DNA of 64,000 bases, from contig JBHGNT010000018.1 of the NCBI GenBank assembly GCA_043228905.1, forward strand, positions 11,470,001 through 11,534,000, in the 5' to 3' direction. This document shows, one piece after another, positions 23,295-37,400 of this stretch (position 1 is the first letter of the stretch; each line of letters starts with the position of its first letter). The DNA comes from Azolla caroliniana. Lineage: Eukaryota; Plantae; Polypodiophyta. Below the pieces are notes generated by a model, which had not been told where the DNA came from, searched no databases, and saw only the letters and a program-made list of their open reading frames with translations. The position numbers and the translations under genes were made by a program.

Positions 23295-24730
23295 TGTTGA
23301 ATACGGGTCTTTAATGGACGTATTAACATTGTCCCACCTGTACACACTAGGTTTAGGACATTTTTGTAAATACGAAGAAGGGCAGTTTCCCTAAGCTAGT
23401 CAGTATAGAAGCTAATTGACTTTGTAACCTAGCAGAGTGGTTGTTCATTTTGTACATTGAGCTGTTGAGCTTGAGTAATAAAGTTCATATTGTGCCTAAC
23501 TTTCTATTCTATCCTTCTTTCATTCGTGTTGGTTGTACTTTACCCTTATGATTGTAGCCACTCGTAGTGAGATTTTGTTTTGAAGGCTCTGCCTCAATCG
23601 TGTTACATCGGATTAGACGACAATCGATCAGGTCAATCGATGTTATATACTCGCTCACCGTAATCACTCGTATAAGCTTGAACTCCAGGGAATAATCCCA
23701 ATCAGTGTTTAATTTGGCTGAACGACATTCGAGAGGACTAGTCGGCTCCGTCCCTCTCATCGTTTCAATCACCCGAAACAGGATCAACCTCGATAATTGG
23801 CAAAAAATCTGTAATCGGAACCTTGAAATGGATAATTGGATTTGGATCGATAATTAACTGTGGTCAACTAGGCTAGGTGACATTCAGGAAGACCAATCGG
23901 CTCTGTCCCTCCAATCGAAGTAGTCACTCTGACCAAGTTTAGTACCCAACTGTCATCCGAAATTAAAACGACAAACCAATCGGATAATTGGGGTCCAATT
24001 CGACTAGGCTAATCGGCCGTAGTCAGCTCAGATCGGATCCACCGATAGTCGAATCCGATTCGGCTCGTGTTCAAGCTTGGCTAGAACGAATTCGGGAGAG
24101 CCAATCGGCTGCACCCAAACACTGTTCATAGCCAACTCTGAACAGAGTCTCTCAAAAACCGACACAGATGGCATCAACATCCGGCTCATAAAAAATGAGT
24201 CTAAGGAAGTTCGACGGATCAAACTTCAACTTCTTGAAGGAGTAGATGCATGAATATCTTATAGTCAAGGGTCAGATAGATCCAATCGAGAACGAAAACC
24301 CTCCAGAAGGATACAAGCCGATTGAGTGGCAGAAGCTGAACAGAATTGTCCGCGCCTCAATTTGGATGCACCTGTTGGAGTCCGTGTACTTCATGGTTTA
24401 CTTGTGTTCGATTGCCTTCCCACTATGGAAGAAACTTTCAAACACTTATGAAAAGAAGGTCGCTACCACAATGATATATCTGATTCAGCGCCTTTACAAC
24501 CTTCGGATGAAAGAATCTGGCTTGTTCCAGGCACACTTGAATGAGTATGAAAGTTTCAGCTCCCAAATTGCGGTCTAGGGGACGACAATCAAAGATGAAC
24601 TGAAAGCAATGATGCTCATGAGTAGTCTTCCTCCGTGGGAAACTGTCATCACCACTATGTACCACGCATCAACTATTGTCGATAAATACTCCTCAGTCAC
24701 AAGTGCAATTCTGTCTAAAGCAGCTAGGAC
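23295..24730 (+). mobile_element. copia B3: truncated 5' LTR, leader and decayed gag
   Basis: TGTTGAATACGG start resembles the B2 LTR; gag YLIVKGQIDPIENENPP matches B2. Confidence 0.82.
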
Positions 24731-27700
24731 TGTTGGGGACAAGGCCGTCAGTGCGAAACTGCAAGCAACATTCGTGATGAAGAAGAACCTGTGTATGCGC
24801 AAGCAAGATAGACACAGAGGGAGAGAGAGAGACAGAGGCACAAAATGAACGTTATATTGCAATAGCAATCGTTACAAATGAACACGAACAACAACCCTCA
24901 CTAAAGGTTACAAAGTCACTTTATATAGTGACTATCCTAGGGCAACTGCCCTTTATGCTATTTACAAAAATAGCCCGAACTTGGGTTGTCCAAAGGAACT
25001 GTGTGAATACGGCCATTATACACTCGTATTCGACACTCCCCCGTAATGGGCGTATACATGGGTTATCTTAAAGGATTACATGTATATATAGAACGTTTAT
25101 CGGATAGATCGGTTTTGTCAGAGTCGGCAAGATCCGAAGACAGAAGACCGAACCGGTCGGGTTGGAAGAGCTGAAGCCGATCCTCAAAGAACCGATGTGG
25201 GTGGTCCGAAACCGTCATGTGTTGTGTGTCCGATTTTAACTGGACCGATTTTTCGTTACGCCCATCTGTTGCCGAAGGGACCAGAAATGATCCGCCGAAA
25301 GACACTTGGTCATTCCATCTGCGACATTATTGGTTGTGGATATCTTCTCTAGACCGATTTTCCCTGAAATAATGCAGTCCTGAACGAAGTGATATCGAGC
25401 GTCAATATGCTTAGAGGCGTTGTGGTGAACCGGAGTTTTTGACAAAACAACAACACCCTGACTGTCGCTGTACACAACTGGAGCCGAGTCGGAGTCGACC
25501 TGTCGAAACGTGTGCGCCAGCCGACCGAGCCATAAAGCTTCGTTTGCCGTGTCGGACGTAGCTACATATTCCGCTTCGGTCGTTGAGGTGGCTGTGCACT
25601 CCTGAAATTTCGACTTCCACGAGATTGCTCCATTGCTGAATTTGACACAGTATCCGGTTGTTGATTTCCGACTGTCCACACAACCGGCAACGTCTGAGTC
25701 GGTGTAACCGACTACACCTGAGGTTGAGTTCGGGCCAAAAAGAATGTCGTGGTCTTTTGTGCCCGCTAGATATCTGAACACATGCTTGACTGCATTCCAG
25801 TGCGATCAGTCGGGGTTGTGCATGAATCTGCTGATGACTCCTACGACGTGAGAAATATCAGGCGGTGTCGCGACCATCGCGTACATAAGGGAGGCGACTG
25901 CCGGTGCATACAGTACCGACTTCATATCTTCCCCCTCCGGACCGGATGTTGGGTAGTCTCGTTGAGATAACCGAAGGTTAATGGGGCGCGGGGTCGAAGC
26001 AGACTTGGCTGAGTGCATGTTGAAGCGTTCCAAGACACGTCTGATGTAGTCGGTTTGAGACAAGAAAACTTGTCATTTATCGCGATGCCGACTGATTTTC
26101 ATACCAAGTATGTGTCTTGCCGGACCAAGGTCCTTCATGGCAAACTTCAATCGCAGTTTCTGAACAAGTTCGATGAGCTCTCCGGCACGCCGGTCAGAGA
26201 GGAGCATGTCATCCACGTAGATGATGAGGAAGACGGGAGACCCCTCTTGAGTTGTTTTGGTAAAGAGACAGTGGTCCTCATCGCTCTTTGAGAAGCCGAC
26301 CGATTGGATGAAGTCGTCCAACTTCTTGTACCACTGTCGAGGTGCCTATTTGAGGCCGTAGAGACTCTTCCTGAGTCAGCAGACTAGATGTTCTTGGCCA
26401 GATGCCACAAAGCCTTTCGGTTGCTCCATATAGATTTCCTCCTGTAGGTCACCGTGGAGGAATGTCGTTTTTACATCTAGCTGAATCAACTCCAAGTTGT
26501 CGGCGGCCACGACGCCGAGCATGAAACGAAGGGTCGTCATTTTTGTTGAGAAGCATGCTCAACATGGTATGTGATGCTTATTAGGAAATAAGCTATAGTA
26601 GCTATTTAGCTACTTGTGAACATAAAGGAGAAACAACTAATTAGCTACTAACAGCTAATTAGCTACTGACAACTATTTAGCGACTGACAGCTATTTAGCT
26701 ACTGACAGCTATTTAGCGATTGACAGCTAATTAGCTGCATACATAAGTAACTTATTACTTAGGTAAAAAGTAAGAGAGTAGAAAAAGAAGAAAATATACA
26801 GGAAGTAGAACTCTGAGAGAGAGAGTGAGGATAGAGAGAAAGAACTCAGAGAGTGAGAGCAAAAGAGAGAAACAGACGAGAGCAAGTAGAGCTCCGCGTG
26901 TAATGAAATAGAAGAAGTTTTGGCTGCTACAGAGGTAAGTCTCCTTCCCCATTCCCTTCTGTGTTTGAGCACCAAAACGATCCCGCACACCACGATCCGC
27001 CGTGCACATAAGAAGAGCCCAAGTGCCTTCTTCACGTTTTCTTAACAATTTTCACCACTAGTGAAAAGATTTCGTCAAAGTCGACGCCATATTCTTGTCG
27101 AAATCCCTTCGCAACTAATTTGGCCTTGTACTTTGGGGTGGTCGAGTCAAACGTCTCTTTTAGTCGATAGACCCACTTACACGGAAGAGCACGTCGATTC
27201 TTCGGCAATTCAACCAAGTCCCAAGTCTTGTTTGCCCGAATGGAGTGCATTTCCGACTCCATCGCCAGATGCCATGTGGCTGAATCGGCAGATGTTGATG
27301 CGTCTTCGTAAGACGTCAGTTCGTTGGCGTCGGTAAATAAAATTCCGGGAGAGTACCTCTCTGGAGGTTGCGACAGTCTCTCGTATCTGCAAGGTATTAC
27401 TGGACTAGTCGCACCGGGTGTCAATGTCGGATTGTCAGGAGCTGAGCCATTCGGCTATGCCGAATCGGTGGATTCGGTGAGAGAGTTGTCGGTTACCCGT
27501 GAAACCGATCTCGTGTTGTGGGGTGGGCTGTCATGAAGGGTTGGCACTTCGGAAAATATTACCCTTCAGACTTCAATAGGCCTTTCGGCCGTTTTATGCA
27601 TAGCCGACTTGTTGAACATGACGTCTGAACTTCGGACGATTTGTCTATGCTCGGGGTCCCAGAGTCGGTATCCAATCTCGTCGTCGAGTCCATATCCAAG

Positions 27701-30635
27701 AAAAACACATTTCCTTGACCTTCGTTCGAGTTTCCGGCGGTCGTCTTTCGGTATAAGAGCATACACCTCGCAACCGAAGATCCTCAGTTTGTCATAGTTC
27801 GGCTTACTGCCGGTCCATATTTCCTAAGGTATTTGAAGTCCTAGAGGTTTCCTTGGCGACATATTTATTATGTGTATTGCCGTAAGTAGAGTCTCCGCCC
27901 AAAAGTCATCCGATAGTCCAGAGTGTTGGAGCATGGATATTATGCGTTCTTGAATCGTCCGATTCATGCGTTCAACAATTCCGTTCTGATCCGGACTATA
28001 GGGTGTCGTATATTCACGTCGGATACCGCATTCCCAGCAGAATTTGACGAATTCTTCAGACTTGAATTCTCCTCCATTCTCTGTTTAGAGACATTTCAGT
28101 TTTCGACCGGTCTGATTTTCGACCATTGCAAGGCATTCGGAGAAGATCGAGAACACCCGATCTTTGGTTTTGATGGGGTAAGCCCACACCTTCTGAGTCG
28201 TCAATAAAACTGACGAAGTACGAAGCATCGCCGAGAGACTGATGTGGTATCGGGCCACAGACGTCCGAGTGGACGAAATTGAGGGGACTTGATTCTCTTG
28301 GTGCTGATGTCGGGTGTGATGTGGCTACTTGTTTGCCGTACTGGCAATGCTCGTAGAATTGGTGATCCAAGAAGGAGAGTTTGGGGATGTAACCGGCTCT
28401 GGATAGGTGCGTTATCCCGGCCTTACTGAAGTGTCCAAGTCGTCCATGCCATAACGATGACACGGGGATATCAACCAAAAATAAGTCACCCTCTTTGAGT
28501 GTGACATATAAAGGATACAAGGAATGTACCTTTGGTCCTCGAGCAAGCAGGAGGTTCCCTTTGTGGAGTGTCCACCCTCCTGATGAGAATCCAGCATAGA
28601 TGCCAACTTCGTCAAGTTGTCCGACTGAGATCAAGGGTCTTGAGAGCTCAGGAACGTGTCGGACGTTGTGTAGTACGAGTGTAGAGCCTCCCGAAGGATT
28701 GAACTCTACGGTGCCGATTCCGATTATAGCACAGTGCTGCGAGTTTCCAACTCGAACTAAGTTAGAGTGCTGGTCCGAGTATTGCCGAAACTGAGATCGG
28801 TGAGGTGTCACATGATACGATGTGCCCGAGTCTAGGAGCCATGTGCTCGATTCCTCACTCGTACGAAGAACTTCCGATTCGACTGGGTTCTCTATGGATA
28901 GTATGTCCGGGTCGGTTGTCAAAATTTCGGCTGAAGAGCCGACATAGTTGACCTCCTCATGCCGGCTACTCTTCTAATCCCTCTCTTAGCTTTGTCAGTT
29001 TTTGCTTTAAGTGCTCGGCAGTCGGCTTTGATGTGTCCCGATTTCTTGCAGTAGTTATAGATTTGGTGGTCCCTGGACTTGCTCTGGCTTCGCTGATTGT
29101 TCGGCGGTCGGGAAGAACTTCTTCCCCGGTTGTTCGATCGGTTAGTCGAACCTTCTACTACATAAGCTTCATCTACTGAGTCTTTGGCGAAAGACTTTCT
29201 CCGAGCTGCTTCAGTTAGGATTGCGTTCCTGACTTCGGAGTACTTAACTACAATTGTTGAAGCATTGCACACGGTTGTAACGAAAGTTTCCCATGAAGAG
29301 GGGAGACTACTCATGAGTATCATGGCTCTGAGTTCATCCTTGATTGTCGTCCCCTGAGACAAGATTTAGGAGCTTATGCTTTCGCACTCGTTGACGTGTG
29401 CGTGAACCGAATCGGATTCTTTCATCCGCAAGTTGTAGAGGCACCAGATCAGATACATCTTCGTTGCGGCAACCTTCTTTTCATAAGTTTCCGACAATGT
29501 TTTCCAAAGTTCAAACGTTGTTGTGCATGATTGCACTGTGAAGTACACTGACTCCGACAAGTGCATCCGAATCGTGGCGTGGACGATTCTGTCCAGCTTT
29601 AGCCACTCGTTCGCCTTGTATGCTTCTGGAGGATTTTCATTCTCAATCGGGTCTAACTGACCCTTGACTATGAGATAGTCCTGCATTTGTTCCTTCCAGA
29701 AGTTGAAGTTCGAGCCGTTGAACCTCCTTAGACTCATCTCCAATGAGCCGGATGTTGATACCATCCACTTCGGTTTCGGTTGGTAAGAGTCGGTTCGGAG
29801 TTGACTACGAACCTTAGTGGGGTGCAGCCAGTCGGCTCACCCGATATCGTTCTAGTCGGTTTTGAACCCGAGTCGATTTGGTTTTGGATACTTGTTCGGA
29901 GTGACTCCGGTAACTTGAGGGACAGAACCGGCTGGTCTTCCTGAATGTTGCCGAGTTAGAGTGAGCCCGGTTAGCTTCCGATTGTATGCCAAATACCGAT
30001 TACACGAAACTGATTGTTTGGGCCGATTCTGCTTCGGATGACTGCAGCGATGAGAGGGACGGATCCGACTGATCCTCCCAAATGTTGATCAGCCGAGTGA
30101 AGCACGAAGTAGTTGGTTGTTTCTCAAGGAGCTCCCCTCAAGCGGTTACAATTGCAGGAACAAAGTACAACCGATTGGCTTACTCCAATTTGTAATTTAA
30201 CACAGTGAGATAAGAGCTTTTTGTTTTTCTTCTCCCTTCTCTGTTCTTCAATGAAAACGAAAAATAGAATGTTGTGTGATAACGGCCGGCAGCGGGTTGA
30301 AGAACCTCCAACACTGTGATACCAAATGTTGGGGACAAGGCCGTTAGTGCAGAACTACAAGCAACATTCGTGATGAAGAAGAACTTCTGTATGCGCAAGC
30401 AAGATAGACATAGAGGGAGAGAGAGAGAGAGAGAGAGGTACAAAATGAACGTTATATTGCAATAGCAATCGTTACAAATGACAACCAACAACCACCCTCA
30501 CTAAAGGTTCCAAAGTCGCTTTATATACTGACTATCCTAGGGCAACTACCCTTTATGCTATTTATAGAAATAGCCAGAACTTGGGTTGTCCAAAGGGACG
30601 GTGTGAATACGGCCATTATACACTCGTATTTGACA
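24731..30635 (-). mobile_element. full-length decayed copia B2, LTRs 24731-25035 and 30327-30635
   Basis: Paired ~305-bp LTRs, PPT at 25036, PBS TGATACCA at 30317-30324. gag with YNYCKKSGHIKADC, PR, INT, RT, RH all present. Confidence 0.94.
26544..27047. mobile_element. solo LTR in B2 RT
   Basis: TGTTGAGAA...TTCTTAACA with perfect TSD ATTTT; internal ~20-bp AGCTA-rich tandem repeats at ~26590-26740. Confidence 0.9.
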
Positions 30636-33600
30636 TGGACTGATGCTCATTTCGTGGGACGACGGACTCCGGTTACTGAGTGTTATCTTCCTCCTCCCAT
30701 TATGTTGCGGCGAGGTCCTCGAGCCGCCGCTTCTACTAACGCAGAGCTAGCGAAGGATGGGTTGAGCCCGGAGCTGGGAAAACCTGTGGGGGGAACAATA
30801 TTGTAAAATACTGTTGGATTATCAATCATAGCTTTTTACCTGCCAGGAAGGCGTTGTCGTGGAGTGGCTCACCCAGAAGTGTAGCGTTGCGTAGATAGAA
30901 GATAGCGCGAAAGTGAGGAAGGAATCACTGGGATTATGGACGGAAGAGACAAAAGAGTAGAGATGGAGTAAATAAAGATCGGTAGGGTATGACAAGGTAG
31001 GATTTTTAAGGAATATGAGATATTGCAAGATAAGATATAAAATGATATTTGAGAAAATATAGGAAATTTATAATCAATATCATGAAAGAGTTACAAAATG
31101 GTTGCAAGCGTCGTTGGACCTTCAATATATGTCTCGCAAGGTAACCACTCTTCCCTTCCTTGATAGAAGACCATAATCTTCCCTTCAATCTTTCAAGGAG
31201 GATAAGACTCGAACCACCGCCTTTTCGTTGAGAGTTGAGGACCACAACCGCCAAGCTAGTTCTCCTCTAGTCTTTTGAAAATACCTCTCTCTCCCTCTTT
31301 GTCTATTATGATATATTATAATTCTCTCTTGATCCAATATAATTCGATTCAATCTTATTTCTTGGTATCCTTGTGACTACATCCCCTTCTCTTTTTATAG
31401 CAAAGGGATAGTCTTGCATGTGGTCCATGTGGCGCACATGTTGGCTAATTGGTAACATGTGAGGCTCATAAGGTGGAGGTTGTTTGTACAAGTCCTCTCT
31501 TGTCCTCATAATATAGTGTTTTACTTTAGTCACCTATATAATGTATAATATTATATAAAACACTATCAAGATTCTTTTTATTTTAGTTATGTATTTATCT
31601 TATTGTAAACTTTTGATGTGAAGCTTTTGTACTTCACGACATCCACCCCCTCTAGACCTGCACATCCTCCGACATGTGCCACTATCTTTCTTTTTCATGT
31701 TGATCTATTGGTGGAGGTTCAAGCTCGAACCTTTTCTTAAATACTTTTATCCTCTTTCCCGTTACCATGTTTAGGATTAGTGTCCCATCCAATTCACTAA
31801 GCTTATATGTAAAGTTATCATATACCTTTTTCACTATGTAAGGCCCAAACCATTGTTCAGCAAACTTGCGGACGGTGTTATGTTGATTATCTAAACTGCT
31901 ATCATACACAAGCACCCAATCCCCCTCTTCTATTTTCTTAGGCCGAATTTTGTGAGTTTTATCAAAATGAATTTTATTCTTTAGTTGATCCTCCTTCAAT
32001 TGTTAGACTGCTAATTCTATATCTTCAGGTCGATGCTGTAATTGTTGAATTCACAAAGCAAGCAATTCTTCTCCGCTCACCTCTTCTCTCCATGGAATAG
32101 ATATCCATGACATAATTGATTCTTCTACCGGCATGATGGGCTTTTGGCCAAGTATCAATTCAGCTGGCATGTATCGTGTTACCGAACTATGCGTTGTCCG
32201 ATCCGCCCATAGTGCATAAGGTAGCATGCGTGGCCAATCTTTTATTTTACCTTTGTAGCTTTTCACAATCGCCTTAACTATTGGGCTATGTCCTCTTTCA
32301 ATCTTTCCATTGGCTTCTAGATTATAAGCAGTTGTAAGTGATAACTTGACCCCTATCCGACTGAAGAATTCTTTAGCTTCATCAGAATCAAGTTCTCTTC
32401 TATCTGCAATTATTTTACCAACACACCCAAAAGTACATATTACATCTTCTAATAAAAATTTGCATACAGCTCTAGTTGTTTTTTGTCGCAGTGGTCTTCC
32501 TTCTACTTGGTTTGTAAGGTCTTCTCTTGTGAGTACTAAATATCACATTTGACCTTCCCCAAGTGGCATTGTCACTAGATCAACCATCCATTTGTAAAGC
32601 ATTGATGATGAATATGTTGGTTTTAGCTCATCTCGATACAGAATAGTTGAATACCTATGGCAGACCTCACAAGTTTCCACAAATTTCGTTATATCTTTAT
32701 ACATATGTGGCCATCAATACTTTTCTTTCAACTTCATAAATGTCGCCCATCTGCCTCAATGTCCTACCCTCAAACTATCATGGAATTCAATAATTAATTT
32801 TCTCTTAATGTCATCCTTACAAATGACTCGAAGAGGATTTTCGGTTGGCCTTTCTTGACACCTCCATAAATGCCATTCATGTAAAACAAACTTGAATGCC
32901 CGTCTTCGAAATTCATTTAATTGTTTCTTCGACCATGATGGGTTGGCTTCTTGAGTCTTTAGAAAATTTCCTATTTCTAACCATTAACCTTCATACTCTG
33001 TGTCTTTGAACATTATGCTTACATTAAACTCATCATGAGGCTCAATAGATACTTGATGAGCAACTTGATGGGTTGTAGTTGCCCAATTCTTATCTTCAGC
33101 GTGCATCACCCTTTCATTTACGAACCTTGCTCTTGACAGCATATCGGCGACTAGGTTCTCTTTGCCCTTTATATGTCGTAATTCTGGGTTCATGGTTCTG
33201 ATGTATGCAATCCACCGAAGCATTGCAATATCTGGTGTCATGCAACTTGCTATCATTCCGATGAGTGGTGGACAATCTGTTTCAACCACTACATCTACTC
33301 CGATCAAGTAATCTCTATTTGTTTTTAATGCCGTAAGCAAACCCCACAATTCTCGTTTAACTTGTGCATAATTTCTTTGTCTTTCATTTAATATCTTTGC
33401 TCCAAACTTGATAGCATATCGATGTTGGTCTTTATCTTCTTGGTTGATAACCCAACTGATCCCAATTGGGCTAGTATCAACTGTCACTATAAATTGTCTT
33501 TCACCTTTGTAGTCTGGTTGACGAAGAACTAGAGCTTTCAATTATTGAACAACTTGTGTATGTTCATCAGTCCAAATAAACTTCTTCCCTTTTCTTAAAA

Positions 33601-34414
33601 GTTGGTAGAGAGGATCTAATACATGTGCAAAGTGTGGTAACCAAATATGATAAAACACAGATGCACCTAAAAATCTTCTCACCTTTGTTACCGATTCGCA
33701 AACCATCTTCATATTTTGTATTGCATTAATTTTGATCGGTGAAGGCTTCCTTCCATACCAGCCACACATATGACCAACTATCAGAACTTCATTCTGCCCA
33801 AAGCTTGACTTTGTTCTTGATAGTGTCAAATGTACCTCCTCAAGCTTATTTAAAATACTTTCAGAATCATTAATGTGATCCATCACAAACTTTCTACAAC
33901 CATTTCCAACCATAGGCTCATCTTTATCTCTTTCTAAGCATCCCTTAATAGGAATATCATCTAAAAATGGCATAGTTACCTTTGGGATTGATAGAGAGAT
34001 GATAGAAAGAAGAGAGAAGGAAGATATATAGATCTAAAACTACAAAGATCTATTGATCATGAAAGAAGGAAGATAGAAAGAAGATACAACTACAAGTATC
34101 TATTGATAAGAACAACACTACATGAATTGTAAAGAAATCACCACAAGAAAGAGACTCTTCTTCCACCTTACTCTTCTTGCTATATATAAAGTTCTCTTCC
34201 ACTAGATCAGTTTCCCTTGCTTTCTTTTTTATGCTTTTTTTAGAGTTTTTCATCGAGTCCTATTCTTATGTATGACACAACAATCTTCAAATCATAATAT
34301 CTCCCTCGTCCAAGCTCCAAATATAGAGTTGTAAAAATCTATGAATAACTCTCTTCATAATCTTTCCAACCCATATTTGAACATGATATTTGGCTTCCAA
34401 ACGAATGAGTTATA

Positions 34415-37400
34415 TGTCGGAATACAGTTCCCTAAGCTATGCTCGGCCACAACCGAGATGTCGGATCAATCACAGACAACAGGGATGTGGAGAGATGTAT
34501 CTAAGCACAAAAAACAGTAAAGAAGAGAGTGCACAGGATGTTAACGTGGAAAACCCAAATATGGGAAAAAAAAACCACGACAGCCCTCAAACTACAAAAT
34601 ATCACTATGTAAAGTAATACAACAATGGGCACAGAGGCAACGACCTCTTGCTCCCTCGCTTCGCCACCAGGCGGTTACAACAGAGGCAACAACCTCTGTA
34701 TGTCGCTCTCTCTCTCTCTCTCTCTAACGCACTGTACAGAGGTTACACCAACAACTCATCATTTTTGCCCTAGGTCATATTTATACTGATATGACTTTCG
34801 GGCTATTTACAAATATAGCCCTAGTGGGCTCTTTGGAACATATTTACATATATGTCCCTTCCATCCGATGAGAGGTTCTCACCGGGCCTGCAACACCCGG
34901 TTCTCACCAGGTCTTCCATTGCCGGGTACGCCACATCCGGTCCTCATTGGGTCTTCCGTTGCCGGGTACTCCACATCCGGTCCTCATCGGGTCTTCCGTT
35001 GCCGGGTACTCCACATCCGGTCCTCACAGGGTCTTCCGTTGCCGGGTACGCCACATCCGGTCCTCATCGGGTCTTCCTTTGCCGGGTACGCCACATCCGG
35101 TCCTCATCGGGTCTTCCTTTGCCGGGTACGCCACATCCGGTCCTCATCGGGTCTTCCTTTGCCGGGTACGCCACATCCGGTCCTCATCGGGTCTTCCTTT
35201 GCCGGGTACTCCACATCCGGTTCTTACCGGGTCTTCCGCTGTCGGGTACGCCACATCCGGTTCTCAATTCCCATCTGGAGGGACCTATTTCCTAACAAAC
35301 TCCCCCTTCACTCCAGCATGGGATGTCTTACTAGTCCGATCCGCTTCCGACATGCATCCAACTTGTCGGGTATCAGTACTTTGGTCAGCATATCTAACCC
35401 GTTCTCGGCCGTGTGGATCTTCGTCAGTGCGAACTCTCGGTCTTCTACTCGCTCCTGGATCCAGTGATACCTACGCTGGATATGCTTCGTCCTGGAATGG
35501 TACGCTGCGTTCTTAGCAAGGTGGATGGCACTTTGACTGTCGCAATAGAGCCAGTATTCATCTTGCTGGATACCGAGCTCTCCGATGAAGTCCTTCATCC
35601 ATAATATTTCCTTGCCGGCTTCCACAGCCACCATGTACTCCGCCTCCGTGGTTGACAACGCAACCGTCTTCTGCAGCCTCAACTGCCACGAAACAGCTCC
35701 CCCTGCATATGTCATTACATACCCGGATGTAGACCGGCTGATATCCACATCAGCTGACATGTCCGAATCGGTAAAACTGTCAAGTTGAGGTTTACCGGAG
35801 CCGAATCGGAGACACATATTCGAAGTGCCCTTCAAGTACTGGAGTATCCATTTGACCGCGTTCCAGTGCTCCTTGCCGGGATTGCTCATAAACCAGCTCA
35901 CCACTCCGATTGCGTATCCAATATCTGGTTGAGTACACACCATTGCGTACATTAAACTCCCGACGGCAGAGGCATATGGCACCTTCATCATATCCGCCTT
36001 CTCTTCTTTCATCTTCGGGCTTTGCTTACTGGATAATCTGCAGTTTGCCGGAAGTGTCGATGCGACCGGTTTCGCATCTGACATGTTGAACCGCTGAAGC
36101 ACCTTTGTCACGTACTTCTCCTGTGACAACCACAATTGCTTCTATGGCCGGCCCCAGATGATATACATCCCCAGCATCTGTCTTGTTGGACCCAAGTCTT
36201 TCATTGCGAAAGTTCGGTTGAGAGCCTTCTTCAGCATCCCTATTTTCGCTTGGTCCCGTCCGACGATCAACATGTCGTCCATGTACAGAAGGAGTATCAG
36301 GAAGTCACCTCCTTCGAACTTCTTCACATACACGCAGTGATCAGCCTGCGTCTTGTGGTACCCTTGATTGGTCATGAAGGAGTCGAACATCCGGTACCAT
36401 TGTCAGGGAGCCTGCTTCAGTCCATACAGGCCCTTCTTCAACCGGCAAACCAGGTGCTCCTTCCTTTTCTCCACGAATCCTTCCAGTTGCTGCATGTAGA
36501 TCTACTCTTCGAGGTCACCGTGAAGGAATGTCGTCTTCACGTCCAGCTGCTCTACCTCGAGGTCCATGCTTGCCGCTATACTCAGCACCGTCCGGATGGA
36601 GGTCATCTTTACTACCGGGGCAAATATCTTGTCGAAGTCCACGCCCTTCTTCTGCTGGAACCCCTTCACCATGAACCTAGCTTTGTATCTCAGGGGATTG
36701 CCAGCATCTCCCGGTTTCAACTTGTACACCCACTTATTTCGGAGTCCCCGCTTTTCTTTCGGCAACTCCACCAATTCGTACGTATGGTTCTCATGTAGGG
36801 AATCCATCTCATCCTGCATGGCACTTAACCATTTGCGGTTGTGGGTGTCATCCTTCGCTTCTTTGAAGCTTTCCGGCTCTCCCTCATCGGTCAGCAGCAC
36901 ATGCTCTGCATCCGGAAATCACCGGGGGGCCCTTGTCTCTCGGAGAGGATATCTCCGTCGTTGGCCTTCGGCAACCAGCTCCACTATTTGATCTTCATCC
37001 GAATCCGATTCGGGGTCTTGGCCAATTCCGATTTCAGCTTCCTCTACTTCTTCTTTTGCCGGTTCGGTATCCTCACCGTAACCGGTTGGTTCCTTGAGTG
37101 TCAACCGGCTCTTAGCCGGGTGTGTCCGAATCTCATCGGAGCTCATTATCTTCTTCTCCGACTCCCAGTCGGAAAGAGTCTTGTCCTCTATGAAGATAAT
37201 ATCTCGGCTCCAGAAAGCCTTCTTGTCAACCGGATCCCACACTCGATAGCCGAACTCATCATCGCCGTATCCGAGGAATATGCATGGCCGGGTCTTTGGA
37301 TCCAACTTTCCTCTCCGGTCCTTAGCAACATGCACGTACGTGAGACACCCGAACACCTTCAGATGTCGATAGGAGACTTCATTACCGGTCCACACCTTCT

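Noticed and set aside
24726-30640. AGGAC/TGGAC as a firm TSD for B2
   Set aside because: It is only a 4/5 match, and the right flank does not continue the B3 gag on the left, so it may be coincidental.
34852-35516. Overlapping repetitive ORFs as proteins
   Set aside because: They are translations of the 40-bp LTR minisatellite; the unit is not a multiple of 3, so the same peptides cycle through frames.
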